Origin: Hadesarchaea archaeon
Lineage (GTDB): Archaea > Hadarchaeota > Hadarchaeia > Hadarchaeales > Hadarchaeaceae
Assembly: GCA_029259175.1 (NCBI GenBank)
Contig: JAPDJH010000017.1
Coordinates: 1-10,871, forward strand
DNA: 10,871 bases
Direction: 5' to 3'
Under the pieces are notes generated by a model. The model saw nothing but the letters and a program-made list of their open reading frames with translations, ran no database searches and was not told the origin of the DNA. Positions within the stretch are counted from its first letter, which is position 1. Every line of letters starts with the position of its first letter. The position numbers and the translations under genes are program-made. Shown one piece after another: positions 1-6,676 of this stretch.

Positions 1-2
1 CA

Positions 3-923
3 CACTATTCAACCACGCGAGAAGCAAAACAAATCGCCGAGCATTTTGGAGCACGTGCCTATCAGGTCCAGCACCACTATGCACACCTAGCAGGGCTCAT
101 GGCCGAGCACGGTGCGGCTGAGGCAATAGGTATCGTGGCTGACGGGGCAGGATACGGCACAGATGGAAAAATCTGGGGAGGCGAAGTCATAATTGCTGAA
201 AGAGAAAGCATGCGGCGAATAGGAGGACTGAGCTATCAGCCGATGGTTGGAGGGGATCTCGCCACTATTTACCCAGCGCGGATGGTTGCGGGAATCCTAT
301 CTCGCTCCTTCACTTTGGCCAAAACTAAGCGAGTTTTGCTCGAGCACTGTCTGTCCGGATTTCCCAAAGGAGAAAAAGAAATTGACACGATTTTGCACCA
401 GTTGGAACGAAATGTGAACGTGCACTGGACGTCGAGTACCGGACGGGTCCTAGACGCGATTTCGTGCCTGTTGGGCATCTGCAACAGGCGCACTTATGAA
501 GGAGAGCCAGCCATGAAGTTAGAAAGTGCCGCAGCTCTAGGAGATCCCACTGAAGTCGAGCTTTCAGTGGAAATTAAAAAGGAGAATGACAGATATGCGC
601 TTGACACCACCACTCTTCTGACAGAGATCTTGAACGCATTGAGAAAAAGAGTGCCTCGCAAACACATTGCCGCCAGCGCCCAACAAGCCGTTGCCCGTGG
701 ATTAGGAGCGATGGCCGTAAAAGCCGCCGAAAGCACCGGTATCAGAACCATAGGGGTCTCCGGAGGAGTATTCTACAACGACACCATAACTCGAACAATT
801 CATAGTATGGTTGAAGAACACGGATACCGCTTCATCTCCCATAGAGAGGTCCCGCCCGGAGACGGAGGACTATCCGTGGGACAGGCCGCTCTAGCACTCA
901 CCCGTCCAAAACAACTAGTCTGA
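3..923 (+). CDS. hypF: Carbamoyltransferase HypF ([NiFe]-hydrogenase maturation), C-terminal Kae1-like part; 5'-truncated by the window edge
   Basis: The frame is open from base 3 (HYSTTREAKQIAEHFGARAYQVQHHYAHLAGLMAEHG), so the ATG at 99 is internal. HypF motifs present: QHHxAH, DGAGYGTDGKIWGGE, TSSTGRVLDA, YEGEPAMKLE, SGGVFYN, PPGDGGLSVGQA. Confidence 0.95.
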   Translation, partial: HYSTTREAKQIAEHFGARAYQVQHHYAHLAGLMAEHGAAEAIGIVADGAGYGTDGKIWGGEVIIAERESMRRIGGLSYQPMVGGDLATIYPARMVAGILSRSFTLAKTKRVLLEHCLSGFPKGEKEIDTILHQLERNVNVHWTSSTGRVLDAISCLLGICNRRTYEGEPAMKLESAAALGDPTEVELSVEIKKENDRYALDTTTLLTEILNALRKRVPRKHIAASAQQAVARGLGAMAVKAAESTGIRTIGVSGGVFYNDTITRTIHSMVEEHGYRFISHREVPPGDGGLSVGQAALALTRPKQLV

Positions 924-1305
924 GCTGCTTTACTCCGCGGAGAGCCTCCAAGCGCTCGGCCAAGCGCGTTATTTGCTGGGCACGGCCTTTGACCAACAGG
1001 ACTTCTAGACAATTCTTCTCATCCACGTGCCAGTGAAGCGTCGACACTATTAGTTCTCCTTCTTGGTGTTGAATGTGTAAAAGCCGGTCGGACAGGCCAC
1101 GCACTTCGTGATTGTAAACGAACACTATTACGCCACGCCTCTGACCGCCAAGCTTTCTTCTCCAAGCGCGCTCCGATACAAACTCGGTTATTGCATCGCG
1201 CACAGCTTCCGATCTGCTCACGTATCCCTCACTTTTCAAAATTCTGTCAAGTGCCTGAAGGAGTTCTGTCGGAATCGTCAAACTAACGCGCTCCAGCTTC
1301 GACAT
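898..1305 (-). CDS. nikR: Nickel-responsive transcriptional regulator NikR (135 aa)
   Basis: N-terminal ribbon-helix-helix (ERVSLTIP...LD...GYVSRSEAVRDAI) plus an ACT-like Ni-binding domain with the expected ligand pattern IQH...STLHWH...NCLEV. Start placed at ATG 1305 (MSKLERVSL), not 1365, because the upstream extension is unlike NikR and contains a TATA-like element. Confidence 0.93.
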   Translation of the reverse strand: MSKLERVSLTIPTELLQALDRILKSEGYVSRSEAVRDAITEFVSERAWRRKLGGQRRGVIVFVYNHEVRGLSDRLLHIQHQEGELIVSTLHWHVDEKNCLEVLLVKGRAQQITRLAERLEALRGVKQLRLVVLDG

Positions 1306-1330
1306 CAAGTTAATCAATAGGAGTAGGAGA

Positions 1331-1337
1331 TAATAAA
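1331..1337 (-). promoter_or_regulatory. Putative TATA box for nikR (TTTATTA), probably a leaderless or short-leader transcript
   Basis: Minus-strand TTTATTA ends 25 nt upstream of ATG 1305, and there is no SD-like motif before the ATG. Confidence 0.45.
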
Positions 1338-1444
1338 TGTAAACCGGCCAAGAACTGCAGCTCAAAGCCCAGCTTTTTCGTATGCCTTAGTTCTAACAAC
1401 GGCGCCGCCCAAGCTTTTTGCTAGATCTCAGGGTAATTGTATTG

Positions 1445-1963
1445 CTATTGTGGTGATTTGCTCCCGCGCTGCCCACTTGGAAACGAGCCCTCGGACTCCG
1501 AGGAAGATGAGGGAGGACTCTCAGGCAGTATCAGGCCGAGCTGCAAGAGCCGGGAATTAGGAACCATCAACCGGCCCCTCGGAGTCCTCAAGGTGGTGCT
1601 GCGCGGGCTTATTTCTAGAATCTCACAGTCCATTCCCAAAACGTGGACGCGGCTCCCCGGTGCCAATTTGTAAAACGTGATTAGCTTGATGCCGGCAAGA
1701 TAATCGTCTATGAAGAAATCCTTGGCAAACCAGAGCGCGAAAAACAGCCAGACCCCGATGACTGCTGTGTTGGTGAGAATAGGAAAAATACCCCAGATGT
1801 TTAAAACCACCCAAGCGCCGAGAATTGCCAGAAATCCGGAGAGAGTCCACTCCGCTACTGGGGCTCTGATAAACACCTCACGGCCCCTTTTCACAATAAA
1901 TCGTCTCAAATAGACGAAGATCACTATCACTACTGCCGTTGCCAAGATTTGTCCTGCTATCAT
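1445..1963 (-). CDS. Small-conductance mechanosensitive channel (MscS)-like protein, short form lacking the C-terminal alpha/beta domain
   Basis: Three N-terminal hydrophobic segments, then DYLAGIKL...PGSRVHVLGMDCEILEISPRSTTLRTPRGRLMVPNS, which fits the MscS middle beta-domain pattern. GGGAGAG lies just upstream of the ATG. Confidence 0.75.
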   Translation of the reverse strand: MIAGQILATAVVIVIFVYLRRFIVKRGREVFIRAPVAEWTLSGFLAILGAWVVLNIWGIFPILTNTAVIGVWLFFALWFAKDFFIDDYLAGIKLITFYKLAPGSRVHVLGMDCEILEISPRSTTLRTPRGRLMVPNSRLLQLGLILPESPPSSSSESEGSFPSGQRGSKSPQ

Positions 1964-2040
1964 GCTCTCCCTACAATACGCCGATGTGCGAGCCTATAAG
2001 GGCTCACCACTCCTCTACAGCGGCCAGAGCCCCAGCCACG

Positions 2041-2298
2041 TCAGATTTCAGAATCTTCTCCACTATCTGTCTCAACTCCACGCTTCATTCCCCCAAGTAG
2101 GCCAAACAGATCGGCTCGCTCAAGAGGGATGCGATCACGTACACAGAAGGCCCAAGCCCGCCTGTCTCTCAGCGTGTTGGCTTTTCGAATCAGTGCTCTC
2201 AAGCTCTTGAACTCGTAGAGTTCACACTGCCTGCCTTTGTGTGAATCGTCCTCAACGATTAGGAGATAGAACGGTCCCGCCCCCTCAAGTCGTTCCAC
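2041..2298 (-). CDS. Hypothetical protein (85 aa)
   Basis: GTG start preceded by AGGTGAT (archaeal SD). Overlaps the stop of the upstream ORF by 14 nt and fills the gap co-directionally. No family recognised. Confidence 0.65.
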   Translation of the reverse strand: MERLEGAGPFYLLIVEDDSHKGRQCELYEFKSLRALIRKANTLRDRRAWAFCVRDRIPLERADLFGLLGGMKRGVETDSGEDSEI

Positions 2299-2617
2299 TG
2301 ATCACCTTTCCTCCTCTCAGCAGCAGTTCCGAGCCCCCGTTGCCCTCATCGTAGATCACCCAAGTAATTCCCGGTGTTGCCGCCGACATTTGCCTCAGCA
2401 CCCACAGCAATCGCTGGCGCTCCTCCTCGTTACGAACCCGGGTGTAGCCCCAGCGGGAATCCCTCGGCTCCAACTCATCGATGATGTCTCCCTTTCGCCA
2501 CAGTTTGATGCGCTCCCAGAAACCCTTGTTTTCATTGAACTGCTCCTTGATTCGGCGCAGCACCTTTAGGTCCTCCTCGCTCAGGGGCTCCAAGGTCTGG
2601 TAGTGTACCAGCCTCAT
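2285..2617 (-). CDS. Hypothetical protein (110 aa; alternative GTG start at 2626)
   Basis: ATG 2617 is preceded by GAGGGGTGA (SD-like). Globular-looking composition; starts 36 nt after the herA stop. No family recognised. Confidence 0.75.
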   Translation of the reverse strand: MRLVHYQTLEPLSEEDLKVLRRIKEQFNENKGFWERIKLWRKGDIIDELEPRDSRWGYTRVRNEEERQRLLWVLRQMSAATPGITWVIYDEGNGGSELLLRGGKVISGTT

Positions 2618-2652
2618 CGTTCTCACCCCTCAGCCTTTTGCGAAGGAGGATG

Positions 2653-2660
2653 TTTATAAA
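2653..2660. promoter_or_regulatory. Palindromic TATA box TTTATAAA overlapping the herA stop codon; candidate promoter for the two hypothetical genes
   Basis: Perfect TTTATAAA 35 nt upstream of ATG 2617, in otherwise fairly GC-rich sequence. Confidence 0.45.
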
Positions 2661-4177
2661 GGAGAAAAAGCGGGCGAACTAACGGCCGACCTGTTTTTCA
2701 CATGATCTGGGGTTTCCAGCCTCGATTCGCGCGGAATTAGATTCATGCTCCGCTCAAAATCAATCGCTGCCTGCTCGAAATGGCCCCCACTGATTTTTCT
2801 TCCCTTCTTCTTCCTTATTCGCACAAAAATCGGATAATTCACAGCCTCTCCAAACACCAATGCCTCCCCGACCGAAAGCGACGAAATCATGTCCGCGGTC
2901 TGCGACGTGATCGCCTCCGACGAACGACGCAGGTGATCCAAATCATACGGATTGGTAATCCTCATGATGATGTTGCTGCCCACCTGCGAGAGGAGTGTTG
3001 TGGAAAGCCTAACGGGCCGTTGCGAGATAACCACCAGCGAGAAGTGGAACTTGCGACCCTCGCGTGCTATCCGCTCTATCACGCGCTTGGAAATCGCGTT
3101 CTCGGAAGGAGCAAAGAGGTGTGCCTCCTCCAAGAAGACGACAACAGGAGGGACGTGCCTCCGCTCTCTTGCACGGAAAAGCTCCCACAACGCATGCGTG
3201 ACCAGAATCTGCTTTTTCCTCAGACTCGTGATCCGGCTCAAGTCCACTATGAGAGCCGCTCCGGGAACCACCACATCGGGCCAGAACGGAAAATCAAAGC
3301 GATCGAAGACATGCAGCGATTTTAAATCGTAGATCCACCCCACCAGTGCCTGTTTAGAGGCCCTCGTCAGATCCTCCGCGCGCTCGATCTCGGCCAGCAC
3401 ATCATCCAAGTCAAAAGAACGCCCGGTTTGCTTCAGCTTGAATAGTACTCGCTTCAGCTCTCGCATCTGGGCACCCGACATCTCCGGCACGAACTCGCGC
3501 AACCGCTCGGCGCTGAGAGTCGACAGTCCGATACGTACGTGGCGCCCGTCAAGCACATGTGCCTGAGAAGGGAACTCCTCGTGCAGCCCTCCGTACTCGC
3601 CGTGCACATCCATCACTATCACCGCCGGTCTACCCTGATCGGGCCTCCGCGTCAAGATTTCCTCCACCAGCACCTGAGCACAGTTGCTCTTCCCGGCTCC
3701 CGACATGGCTAGGATCGCCACATGTTTCTGGAAAAGCCGTGTAAGATCTAATCTGGCCGGAACGGGATGGGTCCTCAAAACACCTATCCCCACCCCAGCC
3801 GGGGCCAGCCCTAGCAGCTCAGAGAGTTCGTCCGCGCTAACCAGAAACACCTTTTCTCCCGGAGACGGAGGAGCCAAAACCCTATCAAAACCCTCGGCGC
3901 TCGATACCCCGACAAAACGGGCTTTCGCCAGCCAGCACTCCCAGTGCTGAGCCGGCATAACATCCGCCAGCGAACCTCTGAGTTCAAATCCGCGGACGAT
4001 TTCGGGTGACGCAAAGTACTGATTGGTGCGGACGATATTGGTGATCACGGCGAAAGCCTTACCTTGCGGCACACCAACCCCAACGAAACTTCCCGCCTTG
4101 ATCTCGCGCTTGGCCAAAAATGTGAAACCAAAAACATCCGGATCCTCCGAGGTCGCGATGACCGTGCCTATCTCCAT
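2654..4177 (-). CDS. herA: HerA-family bipolar DNA helicase/ATPase (FtsK-HerA superfamily); start could also be 4186 or 4192
   Basis: N-terminal HAS-barrel-like region, KHVAILAMSGAGKS (Walker A), MDVHGEY, VVVFLEEAHLFAP (Walker B), IAREGRKF, ISQRP, NPYDL, LSVGEALVFGE. Adjacent to nurA. GGAGATGA precedes ATG 4177; ATG 4186 would form an ATGA overlap with the nurA stop. Confidence 0.92.
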   Translation of the reverse strand: MEIGTVIATSEDPDVFGFTFLAKREIKAGSFVGVGVPQGKAFAVITNIVRTNQYFASPEIVRGFELRGSLADVMPAQHWECWLAKARFVGVSSAEGFDRVLAPPSPGEKVFLVSADELSELLGLAPAGVGIGVLRTHPVPARLDLTRLFQKHVAILAMSGAGKSNCAQVLVEEILTRRPDQGRPAVIVMDVHGEYGGLHEEFPSQAHVLDGRHVRIGLSTLSAERLREFVPEMSGAQMRELKRVLFKLKQTGRSFDLDDVLAEIERAEDLTRASKQALVGWIYDLKSLHVFDRFDFPFWPDVVVPGAALIVDLSRITSLRKKQILVTHALWELFRARERRHVPPVVVFLEEAHLFAPSENAISKRVIERIAREGRKFHFSLVVISQRPVRLSTTLLSQVGSNIIMRITNPYDLDHLRRSSEAITSQTADMISSLSVGEALVFGEAVNYPIFVRIRKKKGRKISGGHFEQAAIDFERSMNLIPRESRLETPDHVKNRSAVSSPAFSPL

Positions 4178-4182
4178 TTTGG

Positions 4183-5190
4183 TCATCTCCACCGGACTAC
4201 CGTGGTGGGCTCGCCCCGCAAGGCTGCAACAAGCGAATCCCTCAGAAACTTCACTTCGGCTTCTCGGACCCTAACGCGCAGGTCTGCCTCAAGCAAAACG
4301 GATGGGACCCCGACGCTATCGCTGAACGAACACAGAAAACCGATGAAAGAAGCCAAGCACGCCGCAGACAATTCTGGATCACCACCGAGCTCCGGAAACT
4401 CCACCCGGAACACCCTGTCACGCGCAGTGCGTATGTAAAAGGCGAAAAAGTCGATTCCCCACCGGGTTCCTATCCGCAGAGGTCTGGTCCTGTACCCCTC
4501 GGGCAACAGCTGCTCGAGCAAATCAGAATCGCAGACGTGCGCTAGCCTTTTTTGCACTTCTTCGTCAAAGCAGCTTTCGCGCACAAGCCGATTAACAAGC
4601 AAATTGCTACGGCTTTCCTTGACAAAACCCGTCAAAAACACTCCTCGATTCAAACACATCCGGTGTAGCTCCTCATAAACGGTGCTCAATCTATCATGCG
4701 CAGCTTCTAAACACGAACTCCCCTGCCTGCTGGTGTATTGCGGCAACACCGATCCGTCCAGCACAAGCAACGTGGGTGTCGCGTTTCTGACGATCTCTGT
4801 TGCACACTCGATTTCTGCGATCTGTCTCTCCATGCCGACCAACAAATCGAGCCGTATGGTGTCCAGAGGCTCCGAAACAGCCACTATTCGGGCCGAAGGG
4901 TATTCGTCGGGAAAATACTCGACATCCTCCAGCTGTCGCCCGTGATAGTGAAAAACCGCTCCTCCCGCCCGAATCACTGCGCATTCCACGCCCTTAAGAG
5001 AAAACCGTCCAAGTCCCCCATCCACGCCCGCAACCCGAAGATCTCGAAAATCAAAATCGTGGACTCGCACCAATTCTTTCTGCCAGATCTCCCCAGACCC
5101 AATCATCTGCATCAATCGCTGGCGGTTCTCCTCCTTTTGGCGAATCACGGAACAGAATTCATCCAGTTGTGAATCGGTGATCAAAAACAT
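4183..5190 (-). CDS. nurA: NurA-family DNA double-strand break repair nuclease
   Basis: VAGVDGG, E-IE helix, LLVLDGSV, GFVKES, FRVEFP and C-terminal GVPSVLLEADLRVRV match the NurA RNase H-like fold. Directly upstream of herA. Confidence 0.88.
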   Translation of the reverse strand: MFLITDSQLDEFCSVIRQKEENRQRLMQMIGSGEIWQKELVRVHDFDFRDLRVAGVDGGLGRFSLKGVECAVIRAGGAVFHYHGRQLEDVEYFPDEYPSARIVAVSEPLDTIRLDLLVGMERQIAEIECATEIVRNATPTLLVLDGSVLPQYTSRQGSSCLEAAHDRLSTVYEELHRMCLNRGVFLTGFVKESRSNLLVNRLVRESCFDEEVQKRLAHVCDSDLLEQLLPEGYRTRPLRIGTRWGIDFFAFYIRTARDRVFRVEFPELGGDPELSAACLASFIGFLCSFSDSVGVPSVLLEADLRVRVREAEVKFLRDSLVAALRGEPTTVVRWR

Positions 5191-5270
5191 TGTCTCGCTA
5201 ATCCAGCTGGGAGTAGATTTTAAGAGGTTTGCGGGGAGAGGGGTAAGCGAAAGTATTCAAAGGGGATGGA
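5191..5270. promoter_or_regulatory. 80-bp divergent promoter region between nurA and DGGGP synthase
   Basis: Short intergenic gap between head-to-head genes. AT-rich ATTTTAAG at 5217-5224 (CTTAAAAT on the minus strand, 26 nt before the nurA ATG); AGGGGATGG before ATG 5271. Confidence 0.45.
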
Positions 5271-6140
5271 ATGAAAAAAGTTGCGATTTTCAAGTTGATT
5301 CGACCGTTGAATTGTGTGTTTGCTGGAATCGCGGTTCTCATTGGTGCGCTCCTTGGCGCACGGGTCTACAACTTTGCCGGTTGGGAAGTATACCTGCTCG
5401 CATTTCTGGTCGCTGCACTGGTTGCCGGTGGTGGAAATGCTATCAATGACTATTTTGATCGGGCTATCGATCGAATAAACAGGCCCTACCGGCCCATTCC
5501 ATCGGGGCAAATAAAACCAAACACAGCACTTCGAATCTCACAAGTCTTCTTTATTGCTGGAATCCTCTCCTCTGTAGCTCTCAAAAACCCGTTCTGTTTT
5601 GCTATTGCAGGCATCAACTCCTTAATGTTGGTGTTTTACGCTGGTAAATTGAAACGCCTAGGACTCCCAGGAAACCTGACAATCGGCTATCTAGTGGGAT
5701 CAACATTCCTCTTTGGAGGCCTTGCCACCTCTCCTTACGGTGCTGGCCCCTTGATACCTACAGAACTGTTAGTGCTGGTTCTGATGGCCTCGTTCTCAAC
5801 CGTGGGGCGAGAGCTAATTAAAGGAATCGAGGACATGCCTGGCGACAAGAAGCTCAAGCTGCGCACCTTCCCTCTAACCCATGGGGCAAGAAAAGCCGCC
5901 GGACTAGCAACGCTTTTTATTTTGCTGGCAATAGTGCTGGCTCCCATACCATACACAGAGCACATATTTGGAGAGTACTACCTCTACCCGTTGCTCGTTT
6001 CGATCGGTGCTTTCCTTGTGGCCATTGGATTGATCTTGCGAAATCCTGCCCCGAAAACGGCAGCATGGAGCTCGCTGGCTTGTAAGATAGGAATGGGCTT
6101 CGGCCTACTAGCATTTTTGATGGGAACACTTTCAGCATAG
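5271..6140 (+). CDS. Digeranylgeranylglyceryl phosphate synthase (UbiA prenyltransferase family; archaeal ether lipid synthesis)
   Basis: LIRPLNC start, GNAINDYFDRAIDRINRPYRPIPSG first Asp-rich motif, LKRLGLPGN, YLVGSTFLFGG, GRELIKGIEDMPGD second motif, and multiple TM segments. Confidence 0.9.
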   Translation: MKKVAIFKLIRPLNCVFAGIAVLIGALLGARVYNFAGWEVYLLAFLVAALVAGGGNAINDYFDRAIDRINRPYRPIPSGQIKPNTALRISQVFFIAGILSSVALKNPFCFAIAGINSLMLVFYAGKLKRLGLPGNLTIGYLVGSTFLFGGLATSPYGAGPLIPTELLVLVLMASFSTVGRELIKGIEDMPGDKKLKLRTFPLTHGARKAAGLATLFILLAIVLAPIPYTEHIFGEYYLYPLLVSIGAFLVAIGLILRNPAPKTAAWSSLACKIGMGFGLLAFLMGTLSA

Positions 6141-6584
6141 CCAGCGGTAGGGGTTAAACTCTGAGGGGGGAACAAAAAAGGGCTCGGCGAGACCCAGCTG
6201 AAGAAGTTTAGCATTGAGATTACACCACTGCCCCTTCTTTCGTACAAATACAACTGCGAGGGTTCTGCCGTATTTGTCCTTTGGTCGCAAATCATCCACG
6301 TTTATCCCCACTTGTGTGCCGGGAGGGAGAAGAGAGGATACGAACTCTAACGCCTCTGCACCACCAGCTTCCGCGTGAGCTCCGATTTCTGGGGTGTTGA
6401 TCCCCACGAGACGTATGCGCTCTCCCGACGACAGTATGAGAGTATCTCCATCCACTACCCGTTGGACTTCCGCGATTCTCTCGATGGGGGAATACGAGAA
6501 ATCGTGTGCATGGTCGAGGAACTTTGGTAGTGCCAGCGACCCGACAATGAGAATTCCTATTATTAAGATCAAACTCCTCTTCAT
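6132..6584 (-). CDS. Thermonuclease (staphylococcal nuclease-like) with an N-terminal signal/anchor
   Basis: MKR plus a hydrophobic N-terminus; VVDGDTL, IRLVGINTPE, DKYGRTLAVV and NAKLLQLGLA are SNase-family motifs. Confidence 0.9.
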   Translation of the reverse strand: MKRSLILIIGILIVGSLALPKFLDHAHDFSYSPIERIAEVQRVVDGDTLILSSGERIRLVGINTPEIGAHAEAGGAEALEFVSSLLPPGTQVGINVDDLRPKDKYGRTLAVVFVRKKGQWCNLNAKLLQLGLAEPFFVPPSEFNPYRWLC

Positions 6585-6612
6585 CTCCCATTGCTGCTTT
6601 GAAAGCCGCCTA

Positions 6613-6620
6613 TTTATAAA
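6613..6620. promoter_or_regulatory. Palindromic TATA box TTTATAAA in the divergent gap between the thermonuclease and radical SAM genes
   Basis: Perfect TTTATAAA 28 nt upstream of ATG 6584 (-) and 56 nt upstream of ATG 6677 (+). Confidence 0.6.
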
Positions 6621-6676
6621 CCAAAAAAAGACCGGAGCATTCGAGTAAAAAGACTGGAAAGCGAGTAATTTTTTGG

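Noticed and set aside
1306-1365. 20-aa N-terminal extension of NikR in the ORF track
   Set aside because: It has no resemblance to NikR and contains the likely TATA box; ATG 1305 gives a typical NikR N-terminus.
1306-1444. NikR autoregulatory operator
   Set aside because: No dyad like E. coli GTATGA-N16-TCATAC was found; GTATG at 1380-1384 has no matching half-site.
2041-6584. Defence island or integrated mobile element (NurA, HerA, thermonuclease)
   Set aside because: No integrase, transposase, att-like repeats or tRNA were seen, and a core lipid-synthesis gene sits between the nucleases.
6292-6591. 99-aa alternate-frame ORF whose ATG is 21 nt from the TATA box
   Set aside because: It overlaps the thermonuclease gene out of frame, and its Arg/Ser/Gly-rich composition is typical of a non-coding frame.
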